From: Eutreptiella sp. 'Long Island Sound 2002'
Taxonomy: Eukaryota > Protista > Euglenida
Direction of reading: 5' to 3'
NCBI GenBank assembly: GCA_964036045.1
Contig: OZ038378.1
Coordinates: 15,934,001-15,998,000 of the forward strand
Length of the DNA stretch: 64,000 nt
Below the pieces are notes generated by a model. It did not search any database. It saw only the letters and a program-made list of their open reading frames with translations, and had not been told where the DNA came from. A program made the translations under genes and the position numbers. Positions 1-12,330 of the stretch are shown piece by piece (positions within the stretch are counted from its first letter, which is position 1; the number at the start of each line of letters is the position of its first letter).

Positions 1-489
1 GGCGGCACGGAACAGTCAAGAAATGAAAAAGCAGGGCGCCATAGCGCCCCCGAGCCACAGGCTCGACACGTTGTCACGCGTTGAACAGCCGAAGCAAGAC
101 TGGGGCGGCGAGAGTGCGGCCCATGTGAGGATGACGGAAGCAAGTAGGCATGAATTTGTGGCATCATGCGCAAGCATGGTGTGGAGCTGAAATGGTATGC
201 GCCACACGCAAAACAGCAATGATTTGTTGAGTTGCCTGATAGACGGAGCACATGCTGAAATGCTGAGACGCCTTTGCGCCAACCAAGGCGCCATTGCGCC
301 CCTGAGGATTGAGTGTGACACGTCCTCACGAGCCAGAGAGCAAGTGCATGACAGAGGCACGACCTGCAGGGCAAGGGTTAGAGACTAACCGGCACTGTGG
401 GTGGGTGGTGGGTGCGAGCTAACCTCAATGTCCAGAGGACCAGTGCCAATGCACAGCCAGCAACCACCTGGTGTGGTACATAACTGGTC

Positions 490-812
490 TACGCTGCAGT
501 GCAGCAAGCAAAACACTGAACAATGTGGTTATGACCATGCGCCTGTGACACGGGGGCGTATGCGAGCCCAGTTTCCGTTGCCTCATGCCCCCCCCCCCCC
601 CTGGTCTGCACTACAGTGCAGCAAGGCAAAACACTGAACTGAGTGGTGATGACCATGCGCCTGTGACACGGGGGCGTATGGGAACCCCGCATCCGTTGCC
701 TCATCCCCCCCCCCCCCCCCGCCACCGATGAATGAACTGAAAGTGGTGACTATGACCATATGCCTGTGTCACGGGGGTATATGCGAGCTCAGTATCCGTT
801 GCTCATGGCCCC
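490..812 (+). repeat. Degenerate tandem repeat, about 115-120 bp unit, three copies
   Basis: The core 'aaaacactgaac...tgaccatgcgcctgtgacacgggggcgtatg...ccgttgcctcat' recurs near 500, 620 and 735. The first two copies end in poly-C. Confidence 0.75.
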
Positions 813-2650
813 CGCCTGGGGATGCTGGTTGCTGTTTGTCACTGTGATGGGTTTGTGCCCTGTGTGTGGGGCGAATTGTGTTCCTATGCACTGTGCACTT
901 GCTGCCTGTCACTGTGCACCTATGTTCTACTGCTAACAGTAAAAGAGAGTGTGTGCGTCCATGCGACATGTGTCACCCTGTTTGCAGCAACCTTGCACAC
1001 ACACTGCCCATCATGATCCAGGCCTGCCGGGATTATTTGTGATAGTGTACAAGTGTTGTGCTCATCACTTCTACTGCTAGGGCAATTCCGTTATTCTCGT
1101 TTGCTTCATCATATGGGTTCACTTATAAGCCACGCATCACTCTCAATTTACCGTACAGCAGTCTTGCATACCATTGGGATTACATTGCATGTTTCTGCAC
1201 ATTTGGACTGTGATGCATTCTTTTTGTTACTCGAGAAACAAAAGTACCAGGTTTGTGGTGAACAAAGTTTTCATAACATCTTTTTGGGGTGCAGGTTCTA
1301 CTGTTGACGATAAAAAAACATTGCAGTCTTGTGACACACCGGTATCAGCCTTGCAGCTGTGTTTCATTTCCATGTGGATACAATGTTGTGCCTGCCTGCC
1401 TTCTATTGTTTCCTAGCAGATCAACGTACCAGGTTGTGTGCCTATGCCTTGGAACAACGCCTTTTTAGGTTACCATTTCATCCAACATTCGTGTTTTCCA
1501 CCATCTACAGACGAGTTCTACTACCAGCAGTAAAACGAGTTTGCAATAGGGATGCGGTTTTAGAAGGGATGCTGTGAATCATAAAATCCATTTTTGGATC
1601 CGTACACATTCGTGAGATTTTGTTACAAAAAAGGGGGTGTCCGTGGTGCACCCAAGCCACCCTTTAGTAAGTTACCCAAAAAAGGGTAACTTTGCACCCC
1701 CAAGTAAAGGCTTCTGGATGCTTGTTGTTGCTGCTTGAAGGTTTCTGTGCACGCAAAGAGCGCTGAAACTGACACCTAAAAAAATGGCTTCGGTCCTTAA
1801 AACACCATGGCAAAATGTGGTACACTTTTGTTGTGCCGAATTTCGCCATTCCAAAATTCGCCCCTTCCTCCCCCCCCGCCCCCCCACCAGTCCTGTATGA
1901 CACTGGCTGATAGACGACGCACGGCTGAGGGTGTTTGGTAAGAATTGGTAACTACTGAGGTAAAACTTCGTAAAAAAAGAGGGGGAAATTATTTGACAAA
2001 AATTGAAATTCTTTTTTCAAAAACTTTTTACTTACTTTCACCAGACCCAAAATTAGGCACGGGTGCCTCAGGGACCTCTACGTAGTCCTGTTGGTTTCGC
2101 AATCAACTAGGCTGTGAGGACATGGACAATGATTCCATGGTGACAGTATGAGGTCAGGTTGGTTTTGCAAGCACCCAACCTTGAGCAACTGCACACTATC
2201 TCCCCCTTGTTGCAAGAAAGGGAGGCACAACCAGCTGGGTACCACATATGACGATGTGTTTAGTTACCAAGTCAAGCTAGGGGATGGGTGTAGGAAGTCT
2301 TTCCCATGTACAACACAATGGTGTACAGCATGCGTCTAGCGGGCGACAGTGTTCGTGAGCAAGGGACCGTGGGTGGACACCGACAGACACCTCTAGTCAT
2401 CTAGGGGCCCAAATGTGGGCAATGGCTGCATAGCCCCTGCCGTCTCGGGGGTCCCCAACACTCAGCGCAGAAGTGGCTACCCGGTGCCATCCCACCGGAC
2501 ATGGCCCCACAGCCACAATATCCATGTCATGTAGCGAGAACTACGCAGCGGGAGCCACAAGGACCAGTGCGTGCGATAGAGAGCATCATGACGTCCACCA
2601 TGTAAGCTATGGGTCTTTGCCTCATGCCCTGGTCGTGCCACGGATCCAGT

Positions 2651-2906
2651 GTATCATATGAGTCTGATGCCCTGGATGCCCCTCTCTGGTGCTGATAGTG
2701 TATGAAATGCAACCCGCTGATCATCTCAGCCTTCAATCTTCACACCTCTGTGGTTTTCAGCCTACAGTCATCGTGCCTCATGCACACTGGGAAGCCGACG
2801 GGGGTGGCAGTCTCCCACTGCATAACCTGGTTTCAGACTCAGCTAATCCTCACTATGTGTCAGATCCGCTACCACCCAAAAAAAGTATCATATGAGTCCG
2901 ATGCCC
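2651..2906 (+). mobile_element. Short retroposed insertion (about 212 bp) with 22-bp target-site duplication and A-rich 3' end
   Basis: gtatcatatgagtc(t/c)gatgccc occurs at 2651-2672 and 2885-2906. The insert ends in ccaaaaaaa immediately before the second copy. Confidence 0.6.
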
Positions 2907-3430
2907 GCTTTTCAAGAACTATCTTGAGTACTCTGCTTTGAACAGCTTTGAGTTATTTAATTTTTCTTGTGTTTTGTCTTGTGCCCTACGATCGTGGTAC
3001 TGCTCACAGTCAGTGATAGCCTAAAACCCAGACCCCCTTCAAACCAATACAAGAAGCACCTCCAGCACGAGGCAAGATCGAGGAAATGGTGCACCCAACA
3101 GGGAGAAATCATGACAACCGTGCAATAGGCATGCTCAGGGGATGCATTGAGTGCAACGCGCATGACGGCGCTTCAGTATTTGGTCGTTGGCCCAGACCAA
3201 GGATTTGTGGGATGAAGTAGTAATGATGTCGCTTGGGTTGGTGTTTGTAGGGCCGTCATTGTGCCGACCTTCTTGAACAATATGCCTGAAATGTAGTGTG
3301 CAGCATGCACGCAGCGGGTGCGCACCACAAGGGCCTCATGTTTCACAGTCCTGCTGAAACTGACAGCCTGAAACTGACAGAATCACATCAGTGCCATTGT
3401 ATTGAGGTGCATCTTTCCTCCCTGTTGATA

Positions 3431-3455
3431 CGACCCACTCCACCTCTTTTGACAG
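3431..3455 (+). promoter_or_regulatory. Putative trans-splice or 3' splice acceptor upstream of the cyclase start codon
   Basis: Pyrimidine tract 'cgacccactccacctcttttgacAG' (AG at 3454-3455) followed by 'ca' and the ATG at 3458. Confidence 0.45.
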
Positions 3456-3457
3456 CA

Positions 3458-5158
3458 ATGCAGGGTGATGCAGGTGATGGGGGCCGCAACTACTTCCCAA
3501 ACTCGTTGCGCAATGCGTCTCAGCACCACAACCACGACGTGAAGACAAATATTCTTCTGGTTCTCGGGGCCCTCTTGATTGTATCGATTCCTTACAGCCT
3601 GCTCCTCTTCCTCCTCAAGCTTGAAGCGCCCGCTCTGGCTGGCTGTTTGGCTGTCTGCTTGTTTGTAGCAGCCATTGTACACCTGTTGATGACCAACAAG
3701 CCTTCGGTTGCCATCCATATCCTGCTCAGCGGAGTTCTGGTACCGGTATTGGCGCTCCACCTGTGTTTCGGCGGTGGTCCTGAAAGTGCGGGCGTGCTGG
3801 CGGCGGCCTTTCTGGCACCCATCTCCGCAGTAGTGCTTGGATTGGGCAACAAGAAAGCCACAGCCATGGTACTGCTGATTGTTGTCGTTGGCCTGATTGC
3901 GGCGGTATTGGAGCAGACGGTTGGACCTCAATCCGTAACACCGAAGCTCTACCAATTTACAGAAGTCTGGCACGCAGTATTTTTTTTCGTGAACATCAAT
4001 GTTTCCCAATTAATCGCTTTTCTCGTGGTGGCTCAGGCGTACCAGCAGTTGCAGACAGGCAGACGCCGCTTGCAAGAAAGCAAACAACAAGTGGATTCGC
4101 TGAATGCCAACTTGGCGAAGCAGAAGGAGCGCCTGGAGCAGGAGCAGCGCTTGACTCAGAGATTGATCCATCATGTGTTCCCCAAAAACATGTCCGATGC
4201 TCTGATCGATTTCGTCAAGGGCTGTTCCCAGCGCCCAGACAATGGAGCCATGTGCGAGGTCGTGGCCAGACAGGCGTGGCGAAGGGGCAGCCAAAGGGCT
4301 CCAACCTCTTCCAATCTCTCAGGTCCAGTCTTCGTCCTTCCAGCCACAGCGGAAGTGCGGAGCGGTAGAGGAAGTATTGCTTCCGTGTCCACGGTCCCTG
4401 AGCAGCCCCACATATCCCACTTCGCTGCAGCCGTTGCTCCCACTCTGCACAGTTTTGCGGTGGTGTTGTTTGCACACATAAGTGGCTTCACGGCGTTGTC
4501 TTCCAAGATAGACCCTACGACTCTCATCCATTTTCTTGATCAATTCTTCGGGGCGATTGACGACTACTGCAAGGATCATGCGGTGGAGAAAATCAAGACC
4601 ATCGGGGACTGCTACATGTGCGTCGCGTGGGAAGAGGAGCCGCCAGCCCGAAGCCGATGTGCCAAGCGGGTGCTGGACGTTGCACACCGGATGCACCACA
4701 TGGCCCACAACAACTTGGTGGGCAAGCAGCGCCTGTTGGTGCGTGCTGGCATACATGCTGGGCCTGTCATCAGCGGCATCATCGGCAGGACCAAGTTTGC
4801 TTTCGATATCTGGGGGGATACCGTCAACGTGGCGTCCCGCATGGAGAGTACCGGCGTGCCCGGGACGACGCAGGTCACGGACGAGGTGTACGAGCTGTTA
4901 CGGAGCAGCAATAGCTTCGTACCGCGGGGCCTTGTGGAGGTAAAGGGGAAGGGAGAGCTGCTCACGTACACCACGCCACTGCTCCAGACGTGGTCGCCCT
5001 CCCCAGAACTGGTCATATCCTCACGTTCCGCGCACTTCAATGTCGTGGATGTGCTGACGAGCCTCATGCAGAAATCCAACATGCCTCCCTCCTCATCCTC
5101 CACCCAGCCCCTCCTTGGTCTCGCGGAGGGTTGCCCCCCGTTTTCTCACCCAGCATGA
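3458..5158 (+). CDS. Membrane-bound class III adenylyl cyclase-like protein (6 TM, coiled coil, cyclase domain), 566 aa, intronless
   Basis: Six hydrophobic segments including FGGGPESAGVLAAAFLAPISA. Coiled coil LEQEQRLTQRLIHHVFP. Catalytic motifs FAHISGFT, EKIKTIGDCYM, RAGIHAGPVISGIIG, FDIWGDTVNVASRMES. The K and D substrate residues indicate ATP specificity. Confidence 0.92.
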   Translation: MQGDAGDGGRNYFPNSLRNASQHHNHDVKTNILLVLGALLIVSIPYSLLLFLLKLEAPALAGCLAVCLFVAAIVHLLMTNKPSVAIHILLSGVLVPVLALHLCFGGGPESAGVLAAAFLAPISAVVLGLGNKKATAMVLLIVVVGLIAAVLEQTVGPQSVTPKLYQFTEVWHAVFFFVNINVSQLIAFLVVAQAYQQLQTGRRRLQESKQQVDSLNANLAKQKERLEQEQRLTQRLIHHVFPKNMSDALIDFVKGCSQRPDNGAMCEVVARQAWRRGSQRAPTSSNLSGPVFVLPATAEVRSGRGSIASVSTVPEQPHISHFAAAVAPTLHSFAVVLFAHISGFTALSSKIDPTTLIHFLDQFFGAIDDYCKDHAVEKIKTIGDCYMCVAWEEEPPARSRCAKRVLDVAHRMHHMAHNNLVGKQRLLVRAGIHAGPVISGIIGRTKFAFDIWGDTVNVASRMESTGVPGTTQVTDEVYELLRSSNSFVPRGLVEVKGKGELLTYTTPLLQTWSPSPELVISSRSAHFNVVDVLTSLMQKSNMPPSSSSTQPLLGLAEGCPPFSHPA

Positions 5159-6512
5159 CTCCACGTGTTCTCACCAAATCTTTTCCGGCCCCAATGCCGC
5201 TGGGGGCGTGCAGACAAATGTTTTGTTGGAGAAATTTTTATTTGGAAAGGCATACGATGTGTGGTATGTCAAAAAAATATCGCACCGGGAGGGGGATATC
5301 ACGAAAGCAGGCAGAGGTGTAATACTACAGACAGCCACCAGCACGTGTGGTAGAACGGCAGTGACAGCATTTTCAGCGAGCCCATGCTGAGGGTTTTTGC
5401 TGCAAGTTGGTTTCACAGATCGTTAATTCTGTGGACGTTCCCTCTACTGTACCCCTCCGGCGGCGGCCTGGTCGGCCCCCCGGCACTTTTGATGTTGCCT
5501 TCTTTTGCCGACGCCTAGTTGTATGCTGGACAGTGCAACACATGTGAGTGGGCAATCGATGCGTATCATCTGTCACTGTTCTCTCGACCCATGAATTGCT
5601 GTGATCGCAGGTGACAGTGTTGAAGTCCAGCAATGTTTTGATGGGAGTTCTGTGTGTATTCGTCATGTTGTGGCAAGCTTTGTTTGTGCATGGAAAACGT
5701 TTGTTTCATCATTTCACCATTTCCAAACAGCAGCAGTGAGCATACATTATCAAATGCAAAGTGGCAGTTGGACAAAAATTGATTGCAAAAAATACATTTA
5801 TTTTTGGGGGTCTATACACAGAGTCCGGCTAGCAAATTGACAATTTTGGGGGCTTGTTTGTGGCAAAAACAAAATTTTTGCTAAATGTTAATTGGTTTCA
5901 TTTTTGCAAAATATTCGTATCTTAAAAATATTTGTATTTGTACGGTACGTTCTCGCTGCAGCTCCATTTGGGAGCGAAAATTGAGGGCGTCCTGGAGGTC
6001 AGTGTGATCACGACAACATACAGATGGGGCAAGTCTGGCTCTGCTATTGTGGAGCTGCACAGCCTGAGAGACCAGCTCAGCTTCGAGCTGAGCCCCAGTC
6101 TCACCCACTCAGAGCTGACCTGGCTGATGGTGGCGAAATTTCTTGATTTCAGCCTTTCACAGTGAATATTATGCCAGAGTGTGCCAAGCATTGGGCACTG
6201 CGGCCTACGCATGCAGTATGTTGACGCGATCTATAGGCACATTGTCCCACAGAATCCAAACCAACCTTCCCCTCACCTGCAACGTATTCACCACACAACT
6301 ACAGATTCCTCACCCTTGCTTTGGGTTTTCCAACAAAAAAATTCCAACAAAATTGTTTCCTACAACAAGTTTGCTTTGATAGAGTAGAGCCCTCAAAGTT
6401 CAGGAAGGAGCCAAACCTGACCTCGATTCCCAGCTGCGGCGTGCACTGGGCCATTGATCAGATCAAATGTGAAATGACAAATGTAATTGATTGTGTATTT
6501 GAATGAATTGAT

Positions 6513-7242
6513 CCCCCCCCCCCCCCGTGTCCAGGAACCACCTTGCGCAAGAACCAACCCCTGGTTCCGCGGTCGAATTCTCGCATCACTTTTTTTACCA
6601 GGGTAGTGGGTTTTTCATGTTTCTGGTGGATGTAGGACAGCTATTCAGGTGTGCAGGACATCATTTCATGTGTGTTACTACCAATGTGTGGATATCATCT
6701 GGGCAAAGGCAGCCAGGGGTGTCTGGGGCTTGGCACATGTGTTCAACAACAAGCTGTTTTTCACAAGGGACATCATGGATGATGATGCAGTCCCCAAGCA
6801 TTTTAACATCCCAGAACCCAAGCCTAAGCCTAAGCCTAAGCCAGCTCCAAAGGGGACTGCAGCACCGAAGCCTGGCCCCAAGGGGCAGCACAGACAGGAA
6901 TTTAGGATGGTGTATCACAGGAAGAAGGGTTTCATGTCTCAGCCAGTTGAACAGTAGATCATCCCATGCACGTTGGAAGGCACCCTACAGCCCAGTCAGC
7001 TGAGATTCACTCCTTTGGTGTTCATTTGTCAACGTGGTTAACTGTGGGGAAGGAGAGGGCACGAATGCCCCGGCGCAACGCGCCGGAAATTTTTTTTCCG
7101 CGGTACGGGGTTGCCCACGGCCGTGCGCAAGAACCAACCCCTGGTTCCGCGGTCAAATTTTGGGGGAAAAGTGTGCGCAAGAACCGACCCCTGGTTCCGC
7201 GGTCAAACATTGCCGGTTCCTGGCTGGACACGGGGGGGGGGG
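6513..7242 (+). mobile_element. Non-autonomous TIR element with poly-C/poly-G termini and subterminal repeats
   Basis: The left end (C)14gtgtccag is the inverted match of the right end ctggacac(G)11. 'gcgcaagaacc(a/g)acccctggttccgcggtc' occurs at about 6545, 7125 and 7175. The internal ORF 6649-6957 is homologous to 13657-13866. No clear TSD. Confidence 0.65.
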
Positions 7243-9269
7243 CATCTATCGTTGTCACGACTCATGTGTGACCTGCCTCCGCCAGACGGTGCACCGGTCT
7301 TCATGGTATTTGCGTTCCCTTGTCTACCTGTTGGTGGGTAAATGTTTTAGCGCTCCATTTTTTTTCTCAGTTGCGCTTCTTCAATTTGCTGCTTCAAAAT
7401 TTTTCCCTGCGAAACTCATAACACCATATGCAAGGGCCAAAAGCTGGAAAGCCTCAGACCTCAAGGCATGTCATCCATGTCAGTGTGGCTGGCTTTAGCT
7501 TTCGTTCCAATTGAAGTGAACTGAAGTTTAAGGTGATGATAATGGACTTTGCATTGCATTTTGACCGAGGAGGTTTTCTTTTTTCCATCCTCTGTGAGAA
7601 TTGATATGTTGTGATATTTTTTTGGTTCTTCAATGGGGATGATGAATGGGAAAGGCACTGCGCTGCAGTTGGAAACTGCATGGGTCATGCAGTCACACCT
7701 TTTTGCACAGCAGACCTGATCGTTCTACCCAACATAAGTTCCATTCTTCAGCAGCTGAGAGTGTTAGGCAGCAGGTCAGGAGTCGCTGTACACGCCCCTT
7801 GTGTGTGCACACGTGCTGCCCATGTCCATGTGTCAATTCATTGGCATCGGTATACAAAATATCCTGCTCTGCTTCTTGTCTTTGTCCCGTTTCCCTTCTT
7901 CGCCTGCGGCACATGCTGCTAAACAGCCATACTTTTGGGTGAGGCACTGTGCGTTAGACTGCAGTGCCCAATGCTCTCACACCTGGGGCCGTGGGTGCCC
8001 TCTCTCTCATATGGATTGCGGTACCCACCTTTTTCTCCCCCGTCTGGTCCCTGTGCTACAGTTCAGGCAGTCTTTGTGTCACCCCGTGTGTGGCTGTGGA
8101 TAACCTTGGGAATATTGTGTGGATTTGTGATCTTATGCCACGGTAGATGTAATGATTTGGGATGCAAGAGGCCCTTTGTGCACTCATGGACAATTCTTCA
8201 ATTTTAAAATTGGTGCTCATGATGGCGCCTACAAGGGGCGCATCCATACAGCTTTGCCATATATTGGTCGCCGGCTCTTGAGTGACACCCAACAAGAATG
8301 TAATGATGTGCATGGTTGCCTTGCACAATTGCAGTTTAGATTTGTAATTGTAAGGACGGAGGATTTTGAACTTGTCGGAATCAGATTGTTCTGTTGTGTT
8401 GTTGCATCCGCCTTTGCTTCACTTGATGTTTCCTCCTTCTCCTCGAGGTATTCGTTAATACATGTGCCCGCAGTGCGCCTGCAGTGCAAAAATTTGGCCC
8501 GTGGATTTTGGCAGTTTGTTTTTCAAATGATGCAAGGGGGTGTTGTGCATGATGTGTGATAACTTGGTATTGAGATGCATGACATCCACACTTTTTGACA
8601 GGGAAGTTGATTCGGCCATGCTGGTGTGTCTAGCACGCTTTGCCTCGCGGCGTCCAAGTAGCATGTCTATCCATCATTGGCCGTTGGTTCCGTCATATTC
8701 TTGCCTTGAGAAAGGCACCATGAGAAACAAACGGAGTAGGCAAGTAGCGCCCTTGACTGCAAGCCACACCTTTTGCCTCTACGTTGTACACTGCCCACAT
8801 CATGGAGGACTTTGGTGTGACACCGATTGACGGCTGACACATGGCAGGGCTCTCAAGCCTCCATGCGGCACCCCCCACCATGCGAAGGTATCTTAGCATG
8901 TTAAAACGGCTAATTTAATTGCCTTCACTCTTGTGTCAAACGGATTTTGGATTCCTGTCATTCCAAATTATATTTTTTTTGTTTTGAAACCCACTTACCA
9001 GCGCAGCATGTACCCCCCCTTGCTCTTTGCTTTCACCCCACTTGCACATGGTTTTGAAGCATGCCGCAGGTTGCCACGGCGCACTAAAATTTGCTCTTTG
9101 CTTCCTTGGCAAAAAATGTTGCATGGTATGGTGTATGAGAGTCATCTACATGATGTGCTTCGTCTTTCAGTATATAGGTCAATTTGCCTATAGCATCATT
9201 TTATTGCCATTGGGGTCCATCTTGAATGCCATCTTGAGAGACCATGTTTCGGGTAAAAACAAGAAATAA

Positions 9270-9400
9270 CTAGATGAGTCCTATGCCATGTCAAGTGGGC
9301 TTTCAATTTGTTGGGACACATCCTAACACATGATCTGCTCAATATGAGTAATGAGACGTTGCGTGATTTGGCAATCATGTATGTCAATACAATGGACCAA
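9270..9400 (+). pseudogene. hAT transposase C-terminal relic
   Basis: AFNLLGHILTHDLLNMSNETLRDLAIMYVN resembles the end of the hAT dimerisation domain (ERxFS...R..L..ETL..L). Confidence 0.5.
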
Positions 9401-9925
9401 AGGCAGAAATGTGTAGAGGAAGAGTACGCCCCGTGTCTAACAAATGTTGTGTCCCACAAACACTTTCGTTCGGAATGTATTTTTTTAGGACATAATTAAT
9501 TACGTGACCGGGCTTGAGAATCGAGGTTTAATCGGCTAAAGGATTGGGGAAATGAGGGGTTGTAGTGAGTAACCGTGGGTAAATTTGTAAAGCAAGACAT
9601 AAGGGAATGGTGTCCCTCAACTACAAGACCTGTATTGCCCACCATGACTGGTTCTCTTCTTGCACCTAGCCAGGAGGTGCTATACAATCGGTACCACACT
9701 GGTGAGCTTGTAGAAGCCACATTGCTTGGCCCTTTCACGGAAGGAGGTGACTTTGTGCGCCTGAAGTACACCAAAAATGGGCGTGACTATGCAAACCCAT
9801 CAGCCCCTCTCCATGTTGTGCAGTTCCATTTGCGCTCCCCATCATCGATGTCATCAGCATCATCCGACGAGCCACCGTAGCCCCCTTCTCACCGCCGCAC
9901 CACCTCTCCCCCATCATCTCCTTCG

Positions 9926-10020
9926 CTTCCACCTGGTTGGGAGCAACATCAAACCCCTGGTTGGACGTGCGTTCTATGTGAACCACACCAAACGGGAAAC
10001 CCAATGGCAGGAACGTCCCG
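9926..10020 (+). pseudogene. Frameshifted WW domain
   Basis: LPPGWEQHQTP in one frame continues as GRAFYVNHTKRETQWQERP in another. Both Trp residues, the FY pair and the terminal Pro are present. Confidence 0.75.
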
Positions 10021-10059
10021 CGCCATATTCCTCCGTGGGCGCTTCACAACCCCCCCCCC

Positions 10060-11495
10060 CCTCCCAGGGCAATGTCATGCTCCTCAAGCCGTGGATACTA
10101 CCACTGCCGGTCTTCCCAGCCAGGGTGGTCTTTCCCACAGACAGTGTCATAAGCACACTCAAGATAGTGTACAACGTGGCACTGCGCCTCACGTCGTGGG
10201 ATCTCACCCACGACATCCTTGCCCTCCCGAGAAATGAAGGGGGCTACTCGCTCCCGCTGCCAAAAATTTTCCTGTAATGGCAACACTCCACTATTTTTCT
10301 GCAATATGTCAAGGACCCGCTACTACTCCCTACATCGGTCACTGCCAGTTTTAAACGTTTTGCACTCCTTTATGGGATGTCGCTACGAATGGCAAACCTA
10401 CCCTTTTTCCAAATGGGCAGCAATGTAGTCTGGCGAACCATGCCGTACCTTGCGTGGAGCGCTAGGGCTTTCTCTCTTGTTAGACAGCCAATACCGGCAA
10501 ACCATGACATCATGCTCAGTTATGATACTCCATTATGGCACAAAAACTGCTTCCGCAACCATCATGCACAAACCTGCTTTTGCCCCCAGCTCATACAAGC
10601 CGGGGTGCTCACTGTGGGACAGCTTTTAGAAGATGACTCCTCTTTTCACCTCATAGCCCCCACGTGGAGGGGTGTCTACCAAACCGCACTAGGTGGAAAC
10701 ACAGACCCCCCCCCCCCACTGCCCCGAACAGGCAGCACAGTCTAGGCAGAAGGGCCTGGCACCACCGGGCACCAAGCCATGGCCCCCCTTGTCATTCTTG
10801 TGTAATTGGACGCACCACCAAATGGTCGAGTTTCTGTCTACATCCGGCCCCCCCAAATCAAGGCAAATACTGGACGTCTGGGCGACACTGGCCCGGGCCT
10901 GCCCACACACCTGCACGATTTCGTACACACGGCTCTTTGAAAAAAGCTCTAGACAGGGGAACGCCAACGAGCTTGGAAACCTTTTGATACACATTGCCCC
11001 ATTGATCACTCCTTGGAAACAATCGCACACTGCATGCACGAATGCACCTTTGTCAAACATGCCTTCAAGATCATCCAAGAATGCTTCAAGGTGGACATTT
11101 CACATATTTTCTTTACGGACACGACAGCCACACTCACCACACCCGCTGGTGTTTTGGCCTGGTCCGCAGTCCACACAAACTGGATCATACGATGTGCCAT
11201 CACAAAACAACAAGCCACGGCGCCGCCGTGGACGGTGTTTTTGACCAAATGGTGCTCGTTCCTGGCGAAATGGGCCACAAACACCCACAGGTTCATCAGT
11301 GATGATGACCTGACACTATTCATTCACACCTTGGAGGTTTACATTGAAAAGCACTACATACCACCGGTCACACTTTCCAGTGCCCCCCCTTGCACCTCCC
11401 CCCACGGCGGCGCAATTACGCTCCACAAACCGACACTTGCGCAAGTTGCAGAGAGCGGAGGAACTGTACACGGAGCTGTGACAAAGGCAGTGTAA
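10060..11495 (+). mobile_element. Degenerate non-LTR retrotransposon (L1/Tx1-like ORF2, 3' part)
   Basis: ILALPRNEGGYSLP (compare LPxxxGGLGLP), YDTPLWHKNCF, and the zinc-knuckle half ETIAHCMHEC. Stops and frameshifts are present. Confidence 0.75.
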
Positions 11496-12094
11496 GAGTG
11501 AATTTCTACAAGCAGGTCCACGTTCTCAATCCTGCCAAATTTGGGTGAGATGTGCCATACGATGCAGGATTTCACAGAACTACACTTTCCCAAGGAGATG
11601 GTGCCTTTCAAAATGAGTGGCACCAGTATTGCCGGGTGGAGAACAACACCATTGACAGCGCCGTGGACGGTGTTTTTGACCAAATGGTGCTCGTTCCTGG
11701 CGAAATGGGCCACAAACACCCACAGGTTCATCAGTGATGATGACCTGACACTATTCATTCACACCTTGGAGGTTTACATTGAAAAGCACTACATACCACC
11801 GGTCACACTTTCCAGTGCCCCCCCTTGCACCTCCCCCCACGGCGGCGCAATTACGCTCCACAAACCGACACTTGCGCAAGTTGCAGAGAGCGGAGGAACT
11901 GTACACGGAGCTGTGACAAAGGCAGTGTAAGAGTGAACTTCTACAAGCAGGTCCACGTTCTCAATCCTGCCAAATTTGGGTGAGATGTGCCATACGATGC
12001 AGGATTTCACAGAACTACACTTTCCCAAGGAGATGGTGCCTTTCAAAATGAGTGGCACCAGTATTGCCGGGTGGAGAACAACACCATTGACAGC
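11225..12094 (+). repeat. Near-perfect 435-bp tandem duplication (11225-11659 and 11660-12094)
   Basis: Direct comparison. The one difference I saw is gaatttcta versus gaacttcta. The ORF track shows duplicated peptides. Confidence 0.95.
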
Positions 12095-12330
12095 CCTAAG
12101 GCATTGGCTGCATTTTGGGCTCGTTGTTGGGGCAGCCTTGCAAAGCTTGCTTATTTCTTGGTTCATGTTCCGGTAACATCTGCAGGTGTTGAGCGAAGCT
12201 GTAGCTTGGCAGGTAACATGGACACAAAGTACCGCCAGGGCTTGCCAAATGTCGTCTAATGTCGTCCCCTAACAAATATCCTCATGTTTAATGGAGACGT
12301 TGAGGGCAGGTTCAATGGAACATAGTTGGA
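11987..12330 (+). pseudogene. hAT transposase dimerisation-domain relic
   Basis: LAAFWARCWGSLAKLAYFLVHVPVTSAGVERSCSLAGNMDTKYRQGL matches the hATC pattern FW...LA..L..P.TSA..ER.FS. An in-frame stop follows. Confidence 0.8.

Noticed and set aside
3296-3457. ORF-track N-terminal extension of the cyclase (620 aa)
   Set aside because: Begins at GTG and looks non-coding. An acceptor-like AG immediately precedes the ATG at 3458.
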